Part shown: positions 42,677 to 53,564 of the stretch, in pieces
Layout of the letters: each line of letters opens with the position of its first letter
How positions within the stretch are numbered: the first letter of the stretch is position 1
DNA from: an uncultured Chloroflexia bacterium
GTDB taxonomy: Bacteria; Chloroflexota; Limnocylindria; Limnocylindrales; CSP1-4
DNA: 64,000 nt
Direction of reading: 5' to 3'
Assembly: GCA_963776925.1 (NCBI GenBank)
Contig: CAVZON010000001.1
Span: forward strand, 765,875-829,874
The notes under the pieces: generated by a model
What the model was told of the DNA's origin: nothing
Database searches by the model: none
The model's input: only the letters and a program-made list of their open reading frames with translations
Made by a program: the position numbers and the translations under genes

Positions 42677-43925
42677 ATGGACGTCATCGACTTCGACCCG
42701 ACCGCGCCGCTGCCCGGTCCGCCGGACCCGTGGGCGGGCACCGACACACCGAGCCGCCGCGACGGACCGCCGTTCCACATGACCGACATGATCGCGGCCG
42801 AGCCGTGCGGTCGCCGAACGGATCCTCGGCCGCCGGCGCGGCACCCGGCAGCGACGGCTGCGGCGCTCGCGGACGCCGTCCGCGCGGCACTGGATGCCGG
42901 CGACCCGGTCGTCGTGACCGGCTGCGGGACGTCCGAGCACGGCGCGCTGGCCGTCGCCGAGATCCTGCGCGAGGCGACCGGATCGAGCGGCGCATCGCCA
43001 GCGCCCAGGCCTTCGAGCTGTCGCTGGATCCGCCGTCCGACGGCCTCGTCATCGGCATCTCGCACGAGGGCGGGACGACGGCCACGAACGCGGCGCTGCG
43101 GCGCCGCCCGGGAAGCCGGTGCGTCGACCGCGCTCATCACCGTCACCCGGCGCTCCCCGGGCGCCGCCCTGGCCGACGTCGTCGTCGAGACCGACGAGCT
43201 GGACCAGAGCTGGTGCCACACGGTCGGCTACCTGAGCCCGATCGCGGCGGCCGCGGCGGTGGCCGGCGCACCTGACCGGGCCCCGGTCGACGCGCCGGCC
43301 AGGTCGCGCGGACTCGTCGCGGCCGGGACGGCCGGCGAGGCCGCGTCGCCGGGCACCGAGATCGCCGACGGCCTCGCCGGCGTGCGACCGCCTGCTCGTG
43401 GTCGCGTCGGGAGCGGATCGCGTCGGCCGGCCGCGAGCTCACGCTCAAGGTCGAGGAGGGCGCCTGGCTCCCGGCCGCCTACCGCGACCTCGAGACGTTC
43501 CTGCACGGCCATCTCGCCGCGACCGGACCGTCGACGGGGCTCGTGGCCGATCGCCACGGATCGACGCGCCGCCGGCGGAACGGCCGGGCGACTGGCCGGG
43601 GCCCTGCGCGGCGGCGCGCGTCGATCGGGATGCCGACGGCCGCGATCGTCTCGCGCTCGATCGGCGCGGCGGTGCCGTCGGACCTGACCTCGGCCGGGCG
43701 GATCGTCGTGCCGGAGGCCCCGGCCGGCGTGCCGGCCGCGATCGCGGCGCTCCTGCTCGACCGCGACGCCGCTCCAGACGCTGACCGAGCGGCTGGCCCG
43801 CGCCCGTGGCATCGACCCCGACCCGATCCACCGCGGACGTCGACGTCTACCGCGAGGCGGCGGACGCCGCCGGCCTGATCCGCGCCGGCCGGGTCAGGCC
43901 CGCCCGACGAGCTCCTCGCCCATGA
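42677..43925 (+). CDS. SIS-domain sugar isomerase/aminotransferase-like protein (AgaS/GlmS isomerase-domain-like). Multiple frameshifts. The 3' end is approximate.
   Basis: MDVIDFDPTAPLPGPPDPWAG...PFHMTDMIAAEP...VVVTGCGTSEHGALAVAEILREA. Then ...GISHEGGTTATNAAL...ALITVTRRSPGAALADVVVETDELDQSWCHTVGYLSPI... and ...ELTLKVEEGAWLPAAYRDLETFLHGHLAA... in other frames. Confidence 0.6.
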
Positions 43926-44892
43926 GGTCGACATGTCGAGGTCCCACGGGCAGGAAGTCCTGGAGCATGATCCGCTCCATGCCCGGCCTCGGCGAACCGG
44001 CGTCGAGCTGCGCGCGCGCCTCGTCCGGCGTGCCGTAGACCCAGCGCTCGCGCCGCTCCTCGAGCCACGCCTCGCCGTCCTCGAGCATCGGCCCGAAGGC
44101 GGCCAGCAGCGCCTGCTCGCGGGCACGCACCTCGTCCGGTCCGGCCGACGAGCACGCCGGCCATCGTCGAGCGGGCCAGCGTCGACGGGTCGCGCCCGAT
44201 CGCGCGCGCACGCCGCGTCGAGCTCGGCAGACCGACCTCGCGCCGCCTTGTCCGGCGACGACGACGACAGGTTGAACTCGTCGGCGTAGCGGGCCGCGAG
44301 CCGGTAGGACCGCGGCGAGCCCTGCCCGCCGACGATGATCCGGGGCCGCGCGCCGCCGACCGGCGTCCGCGGCCGCCCGGGCACGTCGACCGGGTCGCGG
44401 CCGGAACAGCGCGTCCGTCGATCCGTGATGCCGGTCACGCCCGTCGTACGACCAGCCGTCCGGCTCGCCCCACAGCCCGTGGAGGATCGCCAGCTGGTCC
44501 TCCATCAGGTCGGCGCGCTCCTTGATCGGCGGGAAGGCGAGCCCGAGCTGGCGGTGCTCGATCGTCGTTCCAGCCGGCGCCGACCCCGACCTCGATCCGG
44601 CCGCCGCTCATCTCGTCGACCGTCGTCGACGACCTTGGCGAACGTGCCGGGATGGCGGAACGTGACCGGCGAGACGAGCACGCCGAGCCCGATCCGCTCC
44701 GTCTCCCGGGCCAGGCCGGCGATGACCGTCCAGGCGTCGGTCGTGGGCTGGCCGGCCTCGCCCGGGAAGCTCGCGAAGTGGTCGGACCGGAAGAACGCGT
44801 CGAAGCCGTTGCGCCTCGGCGCGCTTGGCGATCGCCAGCTGGTCGGCGTAGCTCATCCCCTGCTGGGGCTCGGTCATGAGGACGAAGCGCAT
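43894..44892 (-). CDS. Second LLM-class F420-dependent oxidoreductase. At least 3 frameshifts.
   Basis: AGGAG RBS. MRFVLMTEPQQGMSYADQLAIAKRAEA...HPGTFAKVV...MSGGRIEVGVGAGWNDDEHRQLGLAFPPIKERADLMEDQLAILHGLWGEPDGWSYDG...RIMLQDFLPVGPRHVDLMGEELV. Confidence 0.75.
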
Positions 44893-44925
44893 CTCGACTC
44901 CTGCACGTGCGATGGACCATCCGTC

Positions 44926-44953
44926 TTGACACGATGGTTCATCGGAGTATGAT
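44926..44953 (+). promoter_or_regulatory. Near-consensus housekeeping-type promoter driving a leaderless MarR transcript.
   Basis: TTGACA (44926-44931), then 16 nt, then TATGAT (44948-44953). GTG start codon 7 nt downstream at 44961. Confidence 0.4.
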
Positions 44954-44960
44954 AGTTCAC

Positions 44961-45520
44961 GTGACACGAAGTATCGAACCGATCGCAGCCGCCCAGCGCG
45001 CGACCTCGCCGCTCGATGGCCCGGCCCCGGACGACGACCCGACCGAGCGCATCATCGCCGACTTTCGGGCGACGATCGTGGCGATGAAGTGCGCCATGAG
45101 CGAGCGCCTGGTCCGGCTCGGCATCAGCATGGCGCAGCTGAACATCCTGTACACGCTCCAGCGGCACCGGCGAGATGCCGATGAGCCGGCTGGCGGACGT
45201 CCTCAACGTCTCGGTCTCGAACGCGACCGGCCTCGTCGACCGGATCGAGGAGCGCGGGTTCATCGAGCGCACGCGCGTCCCGGAGGACCGCCGGGTCGTG
45301 CTCGTCCGCATCACCGACGGCCGGCGAGCGGATGCTCGAGGAGATCGATGCGCTGACCGACGAGCTGATGCGCGACGGTGCTCGGCCGCCTCGATCCGAC
45401 GCAGCTGCAGGTCGTCGCCAGGCGGTCGCCGACCTGCGGAGCGTCGCTCGAGACGACCGTCGAGTGCCCGCCGGGATCGCCATGCCGCGTCCACACCCGC
45501 TCCACGATCCCGTAGACCAT
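44961..45520 (+). CDS. MarR-family transcriptional regulator. Likely leaderless. Frameshifts near 45170 and 45375. The 3' end is approximate.
   Basis: ...ERIIADFRATIVAMKCAMSERLVRLGISMAQLNILYTLQRHG / EMPMSRLADVLNVSVSNATGLVDRIEERGFIERTRVPEDRRVVLVRITDG / RRMLEEIDALTDELMRD. Winged HTH split over 3 frames. Confidence 0.7.
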
Positions 45521-45593
45521 CGCCACCGTCCGCGAACCCGGCCCGCGAGGCCCACGGACCCGCCCAAGCCCCAAGGAGGACCTCGACCCGTCA

Positions 45594-47400
45594 TGGAAGC
45601 CTTTCCCGACCGAGCCACGACGACTACACCCCGTCGCTCGAGGAGGACCCGGCCCTCGGCCTGAGCCACCGCGCGAAGATGGAGGTCCTCTTCGCGGTCA
45701 TGCTCGGCCTGTTCCTCGGCGCGCTCGACCAGACCATCGTCGGTCCGGCCCTGCCGACCATCGTCACCCAGCTAGTCGGCAACGACTACTACGTCTGGGC
45801 GATCACCATCTACCTGCTCACGAGCACGATCAGCGTCCCGTTCTGGGGCAAGCTGTCCGACATCTACGGCCGCAAGCCGATCTTCATGATCGGCATCGTC
45901 ATCTTCCTGGTCGGCTCGGCGCTGTCCGGCCTGAGCCAGAACATGGGCATGCTCATCCTCTTCCGAGGCATCCAGGGCATCGGCGCCGGCTCACTGTTCC
46001 CGGTCGCGCTGGCGATCATCGGCGACCTGTTCACGCCGCAGGAGCGCGGCAAGTACCAGGGCCTGTTCGGGGCCGTCTTCGGCATCGCCTTCGTGGTCGG
46101 CCCGCTCATCGGCGGGTTCCTGACCGAGAACTTCGGCTGGCACTGGATCTTCTACGTCAACATCCCGATCGGCATCGTCGCCCTGATCGTCATCCAGCGG
46201 CTGCTGCCGACGGTCAAGACCGCGACGCGGCGACACGCAACTTCGACCTCCTCGGCGGGGCGATCTTCACGGTCGCGATCGGCGTTCCTGCTGGTCGGCC
46301 TGACCAACAAGCAGTTCGGCGACGTGGACCGACCCGACCGTCGGCGGCTTCATCCTCATCGGCATCATCGGCATCGCTGCTGTTCCTGCTCGCCGAGTCG
46401 CGGGCCAAGGAGCCGATCGTCCCGCTCGACCTGTGGACGGAACCGGACCTACTCGGCGTCGATGGTCTCGACCTTCTTCGCGGCCTTCGCCTTCTTCGGC
46501 GCGATCGTCTTCCTGCCGCGCTGGTTCCAGGTCGTCGAGGGCTTCTCGCCGACGGACTCGGGCCTGGCCGCCCTGCCGCTCATGGTCGGCCTCATCTTCA
46601 GCTCCATCGTGTCCGGCCTGATCGTGTCGCGGACCGGCCGCTACAAGTGGCTGCTCGTCGGCGCGATCGCCCTCATGGGCCTCGGCGACGCTGTTCATGA
46701 CCCAGCTGACCAAGGACACGCCGGTGCCGGTCGTGTGGCTGTGGATGTTCATCGTCGGCCTCGGCGTCGGCCCGACCTTCTCGGTCTTCACGATCGTCAT
46801 CCAGAACGCCGTGCCGTTCCGCCAGCTCGGCGTGGCGACCTCGAACCTGACGTTCTTCCGCCAGATCGGCGGCACGATCGCGCTGGCCTTCGTCGGCACG
46901 ATCTTCGCCGACGTCGTTCCAGGAGCAGCTCGCGCCGCAGATGCTCGCCGCCGGCGTGCCGCCGCAGGTCCTCGGCGGGTTCGCCCAGGCGATGGGCCGG
47001 GCGCGTTCGACTTCAACCAGCTGACCGGCGTCGGCGACCTCGGGCCAGATCATCGTCGCCGGCGCTGCCATCGGCCGCGGACGCCGTTCATCGACCAGCC
47101 ATGGTCGAGGGCATCCACGCGGCGTTCAGCCTCGCCACCGCCCAGACCTTCTGGCTCGGCGTCGTCGGCTCGGTCGTCGCGGCCGTCGCGGCGGTCGCGA
47201 TCAAGGAGATCCCGCTCCGCGCCACCAACGACGCGCCGGTCCCGACCACGTCGGCGGCCGCGGGCACGACCCCGGTCGACGGCAGGCGTCCCAGGCGCCC
47301 GGGCACCCGCCGGCGCCGACGGTCGACTGACGCCGTCGTCCACCGCGCTCCTCCACCCGCCCGTCCCGATGGTCCCATCGGGGCCGTGCGTCGGCGCTAG
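45594..47400 (+). CDS. MFS transporter, DHA2 (EmrB/QacA, 14-TMS) drug:H+ antiporter family. Multiple frameshifts.
   Basis: AAGGAGG then ATG at 45594. ...MEVLFAVMLGLFLGALDQTIVGPALPTIV...ITIYLLTSTISVPFWGKLSDIYGRKPIFMIGIVIFLVGSALSGLSQNMGMLILFRGIQGIGAGSLFPVALAIIGDLFTPQERGKYQGLFGAVFGIAFVVGPLIGGFL...FIVGLGVGPTFSVFTIVIQNAVPFRQLGVATSNLTFFRQIGGTIALAFVGTIF. Confidence 0.8.
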
Positions 47401-47412
47401 CATTCCGGCGAC

Positions 47413-47900
47413 ATGCCGTTGACCGACCTGCCCCGTTCCCGCCCCGCCTCCTGGCGCCCGGCGTCGACCGCGATGCGCCGGATTCCGGGCCGTCCTCGAC
47501 GCCGCGCGCCCTGCCGCCGGGCACGCTGCGGCGGGTGACCGTCGGCGAGCTCGACGTCCTGCTCGCCCACACGCGACCGCGGGCATCGTCGCGACCGACG
47601 ACCGCTGCCCGCACATGACCGCGCCGCTGTCGATCGGCGAGCTCGACGGCTGCATCGTGGCCTGCCCGCTCCACGAGGGCCGGTTCGACCTGTGCTCCGG
47701 CGATCCCGCCCAGATGCCGACGACCGGCGGGCTCGACCCCGACGGCGTCTACCACCCGACCTGGTCGCCGGCCGGCCGCGACCCCAAGGTCGACCCGCCC
47801 GGCAAGAAGGCCGAGGCGCGGCGGCTGACCCGCGTCCGGCGGTTCCGCTACTACCCGGTCCGCATCAGCGACGGCGCCATCGAGGTCGCCGCTGCCGCGC
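47413..47900 (+). CDS. Rieske [2Fe-2S] domain protein (NirD-like small ferredoxin subunit). Frameshifts. The 3' end is uncertain.
   Basis: ...LPPGTLRRVTVGELDVLLAHT / ...ATDDRCPHMTAPLSIGELDGCIVACPLHEGRFDLCSGD... (CxH...CxxH Rieske ligands) ...RRFRYYPVRISDGAIEV. Confidence 0.5.
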
Positions 47901-47916
47901 GGACTGACGCGGCCGG

Positions 47917-48803
47917 TCAGCTCTCGGCCGCTCCGTCGCGCGCCGGCCGGTGGCTCGGACCTCGCGCCTGCGTCGATCGGCCTGCGTGTCCGGCGCGACC
48001 TCGGCGGCCGTGTCCCGTCGCTTCGGTGACGTAGCGTGTCGATGATCGTCGCACGCCTCGGCCGGGTCGTCGGTGAGCGCGCAGCAGGTCGACGTCGGCG
48101 GGTGCGATCGCCGCCTCCGCGACGAGCGGGCCGCGGATCCAGTCGATGAGCCCGGCCCAGTAGTCGGTGCCGATCAGGATCACCGGGAAGTCCTGGACCT
48201 TCTGGTCTGGATGAGGGTCAGCGCCTCGAACAGCTCGTCGAGCGTCCCGAAGCCGCCGGGGAAGATGACGAACGCGTCGGCGTACTTCACGAACATGACC
48301 TTGCGCGCGAAGAAGTAGCGGAACTCGACGCCGAGGTCGACGTACGGGTTGAGGCCCTGCTCCATGCGGCAGCTCGATGTTGCAGCCGACCGACAGGCCG
48401 CCGCCCTCCTGGCAGCCGCGGTTGGCGGCCTCCATGATCCCCGGCCCGCCGCCGGTGATGACCGCGTAGCCGGCCTCGGCCAGCGAGCTCGCCGAGCGTC
48501 CGGGCGTGCCGGTACATCGGGTGGCTCGGCTTGCGTCCGCGCCGAGCCGAACACGCTGACCGCCGGACCGACCGCGGCGAGCGCATCGAAGCCCTCGACG
48601 AACTCGGCCAGGATCCGCAGGGCGCGCCACGGGTCGGTGTCGAGGAACTCGGGCCGGGTCGGTCGCTCGCAGGAGCGCCTCGTCCTCGGTCCGCGCGGGC
48701 GCGCTGGACCGCCGGGATGCGGCGGCTGTCGCGTCGGATCGGCGAGGCGGCCGCTGGCGGCGTCGATCAGGCACGGGGCGTAGGATGCCACCCGGACCAT
48801 CAC
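47917..48803 (-). CDS. LOG family protein (cytokinin riboside 5'-monophosphate phosphoribohydrolase-like, TIGR00730). At least 3 frameshifts. The 5' end is uncertain.
   Basis: ...[39 protein letters not shown]... / ...[40 protein letters not shown] / [53 protein letters not shown] / [27 protein letters not shown]. Confidence 0.75.
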
Positions 48804-48999
48804 GCGGAGGGATCGATGCGCGGACGGATGCTGGCAGCGGTGTTGCTCGGCGTCGTCGGGCTGGTGCTGGATCGGCCCAGGGACTCGGCCTCCTGCCGGG
48901 CAGCGGCTTCATGGACGGCGACGTCACGCTGGGCGGTCATCGGCGCGGTCCTGCGTCGTCGCCGGGATCGCGCTCGGGATCAGCGCCTGGCGCCGCCGC

Positions 49000-49360
49000 C
49001 GCCGGCCCGGAGGCTTGAGCCAGGCGGCCCACGTCGCCTCGGCCGTGCCGGCGGTCACCTCGTTGCCGTGGCGGACGAGCGGCAGCGCGGAGCAGCCGGT
49101 GGTCGGCGAGCAGCCGGTCGACGATCCCGGCGTCGTCCAGGCTGCAGGTGAGCCAGGCCGGCGTCGCGATAGGCCCGCGACGTCTCGTCGAGCAGCGCCC
49201 GCGCCCCGAGCCGGTCGACGAACCGACGCAGCTCGCCGGCGCGATCGGCCGCTTGCGCAGGTCGACCTGGTGGACCACGATCCGACGCTCGCGGAAGAAG
49301 CGCTGCGCCGCGCGTGTCGGCCGACGAGTCGCTGAAGCCGAAGACCTGGATGTCCGGCAT
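49000..49360 (-). CDS. ArsC/Spx-family (YffB-like) thioredoxin-fold protein. Three frameshifts within about 350 nt. The 3' end is approximate.
   Basis: MPDIQVFGFSDSSADTRAAQRFFRERRIVVHQVDLRKRPIAPA / ELRRFVDRLGARALLDETSRAYRDAGLA / LSLDDAGIVDRLLADHRLL / LPLVRHGNEVTAGTAEATWAAWL. Reconstructed from three minus frames. The ATG at 49360 directly follows the upstream gene's stop. Confidence 0.5.
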
Positions 49361-49394
49361 CTTCCTCGTCGGGGTCTTGCCGAGCGGTGCCGGC

Positions 49395-49894
49395 ATCAGG
49401 CGACAGGCTCCAGCACGAACAGCGGGATCGGGCGGTCGGTGCGCTCGCGATACACCTGGTACCCCGGGTAGGCCGCCGTCACGACCGCCCACAGCCGATC
49501 CCAATCCGCGCCGCTCGCCTCGCGGGCGCGGATACGCGACCGAGCGACCGGCGTGCTCCACCGTCACGAGCCCGTCCGCACGCAGGTTGTGGACCCACGC
49601 CGGCATCTGCTCCTTCCCGGCATTCGAGGCGATGAGGATCCAGGTGTCGCCCTCGCGCACGGCCCCGAGCGGGATCGAGCGGTCGGCGCCGGTGCGCCGG
49701 CCGCGCATCCGGACCAGGATCATGTCCATGCCCAGCGCCCGGCCGACCGGCCCACGCCCGCCGGTCAGGGCGAACAGGCGGCGATGGATCGGATGGAACC
49801 ATGGGTGGGTCAGGACCAGGCCGATGGCGAGGTAGACGCGACGCGGCAGGACGGTGGCCACGCCCGATAGCGTAGTCGTCGGCCCGGGTACCAT
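49395..49894 (-). CDS. Nitroreductase-family deazaflavin-dependent (DDN/F420H2-dependent quinone reductase-like) protein with N-terminal hydrophobic segment.
   Basis: MVPGPTTTLSGVATVLPRRVYLAIGLVLTHPWF...MDMILVRMRGRRTGADRSIPLGAVREGDTWILIASNAGKEQMPAWVHNLRADGLVTVEHAGRSVAY.. A frame switch near 49500 gives ...WAVVTAAYPGYQVYRERTDRPIPLFVLEPVA. Confidence 0.65.
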
Positions 49895-49915
49895 CGAGGC
49901 ACAGGAGGTGTCCGC

Positions 49916-50906
49916 GTGACGGTCTGGTTCACGGTCAAGCTCGACGATCGCACCGGGGTCGCTGGCGCGGGTCGCGACGGCCCTCGCCGAGCGCGGCGTC
50001 AACATCACCGGCATCGTCGGCGTCGCCGAGGACACCGATGGCGCGCTGATGCTCACGACCTCCGATGCGGCCGCCACCCGCGAGGCGTTCGCAGGGCCTG
50101 GCGCTGGCCTTCGAGGAGCACGACCCGACCGGCGGGCTGGAGCCCGAGTCGATGACCGTCGGCGACCTGCGACCGGGCGCGGCCGGCCGCGGCTCCTCGG
50201 CTAGCCGCGCCCGACCCGACGCCGAGATGCCCGTCGCGCGCGACCGACGCGGTCGCCATCCGCTTCGACGTCGTCGACCGGGCCGAGGCGATCTCGGCGA
50301 TCACCGCGGCGACCGCGGCGCTCGGCGGCCGGATCCGGACGCTGGCCACGGTCCGTCCGATCGAGGGCGACGCCGCCGCTGGTCGAGATCGAGCTCGAGG
50401 TCGAGGGCGTCACCGAGGACGCGCTGGTCGAGGCGCTCGAGGCGCTCGAGGACGTCCGGACCGATCCATCGGACGCAGGCGCTCGGGACGCATCTTCGGC
50501 AAGCGGATCATCGTCGTCGGCGGCGGGGCGCAGGTCGCCCAGGTCGCGCTCGGCGCGGTCAGCGAGGCGGACCGGCACAACCTGCGCGGCGAGCGGATCT
50601 CGGTCGACACCATCCCGCTCGTCGGCGAGCCGGCCATCGCCGCGGCCGTCCGAGCCGTCGCCGACCTGCCGCGTGCCCGGCTGCTCGTCCTGGCCGGCTC
50701 GATCATGGGCGGCGACATCAGCGTGGCCGCCGAGGAGCTGCGCGCCGTCGGCATCCCGATCATCGCCCTGAACATGGTCGGCTCGATCACCGACCACGTG
50801 GACCTCGTCGTCGAGCGACCCGGTCCAGGCCGGGACGATGGCCGTCATGGCCGTCGCCGACACGGCCACGTTCGACCTGGAGCGCCAGCGCGGCCGCCGC
50901 TACTGA
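49916..50906 (+). CDS. ACT-domain protein fused to an unidentified C-terminal domain (Rossmann-like, Gly-rich). At least 4 frameshifts.
   Basis: [14 protein letters not shown] / [44 protein letters not shown] (ACT). ...[37 protein letters not shown]... (second ACT-like). ...[107 protein letters not shown]... Confidence 0.5.
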
Positions 50907-50929
50907 GCCGGGCGGCGACCCGCAGCGAG

Positions 50930-51335
50930 CTAGCTGACCTCGAACGTCCCGGTCATGCTCGGGTGGATGTTGCAGTGGAACGGATAGGTCCCGGCCGCCG
51001 AGAACGTGCATGCCGGCGGTCGCGCCGCCGGTGATCGGGCCGGTGTCACAGGTACCGTCGTCGAGCGTCACGGTGTGGCTGACGCTGTCCTCGTTGGTGA
51101 ACGTCACGGTCTGGCCGGCCGTGAGCGCGACCGGGCTCGGGGCGAAGGCGTTGCCCTGGATCGTGCCGGCGACTTCGCCGGTCGCGCTGGCGACCGAACA
51201 TGGCCCGGAGCCACCGCCACCCGCGTTCACCGGCGCCTCCGAGGGCGGCGTGCTCCCGCCATCGCCGCTCGCTCCGCACGCCGCGAGCGCCAGCATCAGC
51301 CCGGCCGCGACCGCAGCCACACGCATCTGCCGCAT
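50930..51335 (-). CDS. Cupredoxin (plastocyanin/amicyanin-like type-1 copper) lipoprotein. Frameshift near 51000.
   Basis: [24 protein letters not shown] (lipobox) ...[25 protein letters not shown]... then +1 frame ...[25 protein letters not shown] (His, Cys, His, Met Cu ligands). Confidence 0.65.
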
Positions 51336-51400
51336 CGTCAGGTCCTCCCCTGTCGCCGGGATGTGGTGGGCCCCGGCCGTGGACACGATACGCTTGGTCG

Positions 51401-52310
51401 ATGCGCATCGCGACCTGGAACGTCAACTCGCTGAAGGCCCGCCAGGAGGCGGTCGAGATCTGGCTGGACGCGGGCCAAGCCCGACATCCTGCTGATGCAG
51501 GAGACCAAGCTCGGCGACACCGACGCGCCGGTGATGGCCTTCGCGATGGCCGGCTACCAGCTCGTCCATCACGGGGAGGGGCGCTGGAACGGCGTGGCGA
51601 TCGCCGCACGGGACGGCCTGGCCATCGACGACGTCGTCACGAACTTCGGCGACGGGCCGGTCCGCGACTCCGGGCCGGGCGGGCTGGCCGCCGACGCCGG
51701 CGAGGACGACTTCGACCCGTTCGACGAGGCACGCATGGTCGCCGCCACGGTCGACGGGCTGCGGCTGGTCTGCGTCTACGCCCCCAACGGCCGGGTCGTC
51801 GGCTCGCCGTTCTACGCCGGCAAGCTGGCCTGGTTCGAGCGCCTCGGGCGCTGGATCGACGACGAGATCGCGGCCGGCCGTGGCGATGCCCTCATCGTGG
51901 CCGGCGACTACAACGTCGCCCCGACCGACCAGGACGTGTGGGATCCGAAGGCCGCCCATGGCGGCACGCACGTCTCGGAGGCGGAGCGCGCGGCCGTCCA
52001 GGCCCTCGTCGATCGCGGCCTGGCCGACGGCTATCGGCTCCGCCACGACGAGCCGGGCCGCTTCTCGTGGTGGGACTACCGGGCGGGCATGTTCCACAAG
52101 AACTTCGGGATGCGCATCGACCTGCTGCTCGTCGGCGCTGCGGTGGCCGGCCGCATCGTCGACGCCGAGATCGACCGCCAGGCGCGCAAAGGGCCCAAGC
52201 CGATCCCGTCCGACCACGCGCCCGTGACCATCGACCTCGACGAGCCGGGCTCGCCGATCGACCCCGACTGGGCCGGCGCCCTGGCTCGCATCGCCAAGCG
52301 GTCGCGCTGA
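51401..52310 (+). CDS. xth: Exodeoxyribonuclease III (AP endonuclease). Frameshift near 51480.
   Basis: MRIATWNVNSLKARQEAVEIWLDAGQ / DILLMQETKLGDTDAP...VVGSPFYAGKLAWFERL...IVAGDYNVAPTDQDVWD...FSWWDYRAGMFHKNFGMRIDLLL...PSDHAPVTIDL. Confidence 0.85.
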
Positions 52311-52314
52311 TCGG

Positions 52315-53559
52315 GTGCTCGCCCGCGTCGTCGGCCTGGGCGACCTGCCCGCCGACTTCCGACGGCTGTGGACGGCGACCCTCGCGTCCAACCTGGCCGA
52401 CGGCATCACGGCGGTCACGTTCGCGCTGGCCGCGGTCTCGCTGACGACCGACGCGTTCCTCGTCGCCGCGGTGTCGGTCGCGGCCGGGATCCCGCCGGTG
52501 CTCACCGCGCTCCATGCCGGCGCGATCGCCGATCGGGTCGACCGACGCCGGCTGATGGTGAGCGTCCAGGTGCTGCGCATCCTCGTGATCGGCGGCCTGG
52601 CAGTCGCGACCGCGGCGGGCCTGCTGAGCCTGCCCGTCCTCATCGTCGCCGCGTTCGTCCTGTCGATCGGCCAGACCTTCTACGACACGACCTCGCAGGC
52701 CATCGTCCCGATGGTCGCCGGATCGGCCGTGCTGACCCGTGCCAACAGCCGGCTGTTCGCGGCCGAGACCCTGACCGATACCTTCCTCGGCCCCCCGCTC
52801 GGCGGCGCCCTCGTGACCGTCGGGATCGCCCTGGCCTGGGGCGGGGCGACGCTCGGCTACCTGGTCGCGCTGTTCGGCATGACGTTGCTCCGCGGGACGT
52901 TCCGGGTCGACCGCAGTGGATCGTCGCAGACGATGCGCGAGGACATCGTCGAGGGGCTGCGCTGGCTGTTCGGGCATCCGCTGCAGCGCACGCTGTCGCT
53001 GATGGTCGCCTGCGGGGCGTTCTCCGGGGCGGCCGTGTTCTCGGTCTTCGTGCTGTACGCCGTGGCGCCGGGTCCGATGGGCCTGTCCGAGTTCGAGTTC
53101 GGCCTGCTCCTGACCGCGATGGGTGCCGGGAGCCTGGTCGGGACGGCCATCGTCGAGCCGGTCGAGCGGAGGTTGGGCATCGCCAGGACGCTGCTCGTCA
53201 GTCAGGTGGCGTTCGCCGTCGCCTTCCTGGTGCCGGCCCTGACCGCGAACGTGCCGGCGATCACCATGGCGTTCGTGCTGAGCGGGGTCGCGACGATGAC
53301 CTGGAACGTGACCAACGTCTCGCTCCGCCAGCGGTTCATCCCCGGCAACCTGTACGGTCGGGTGCACGCCGGCCATCGACTGCTCAATCGTGGCGCCGCC
53401 CTCGCCGGCGGGATCGTCGGTGGGCTGATCGGCGGCCTGGTCGGGCTGCCGGCCGTGTTCGTCGTCGCGGCGCTGGTCGTGTTCGCGTCGGGGCTCGGCG
53501 GGCTGGTCGTCAACGACCGCAACGTCGCGGCGGCACTGGCGGCCGCCGAGCCGGGCTGA
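52315..53559 (+). CDS. MFS transporter (EntS/enterobactin-exporter-like, 12 TMS).
   Basis: Intact 414-aa ORF with GTG start. ...FRRLWTATLASNLADGITAVTFALAAVSLT...LRILVIGGLAV... Hydrophobic throughout. Confidence 0.85.
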   Translation: MLARVVGLGDLPADFRRLWTATLASNLADGITAVTFALAAVSLTTDAFLVAAVSVAAGIPPVLTALHAGAIADRVDRRRLMVSVQVLRILVIGGLAVATAAGLLSLPVLIVAAFVLSIGQTFYDTTSQAIVPMVAGSAVLTRANSRLFAAETLTDTFLGPPLGGALVTVGIALAWGGATLGYLVALFGMTLLRGTFRVDRSGSSQTMREDIVEGLRWLFGHPLQRTLSLMVACGAFSGAAVFSVFVLYAVAPGPMGLSEFEFGLLLTAMGAGSLVGTAIVEPVERRLGIARTLLVSQVAFAVAFLVPALTANVPAITMAFVLSGVATMTWNVTNVSLRQRFIPGNLYGRVHAGHRLLNRGAALAGGIVGGLIGGLVGLPAVFVVAALVVFASGLGGLVVNDRNVAAALAAAEPG

Positions 53560-53564
53560 CCGAC

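Noticed and set aside
48817-49151. Plus-strand ORF with a GGAGGGA RBS ([19 protein letters not shown]...).
   Set aside because: It overlaps the better-supported minus-strand ArsC-like gene, and its tail is Arg-rich junk. Probably a chance RBS.
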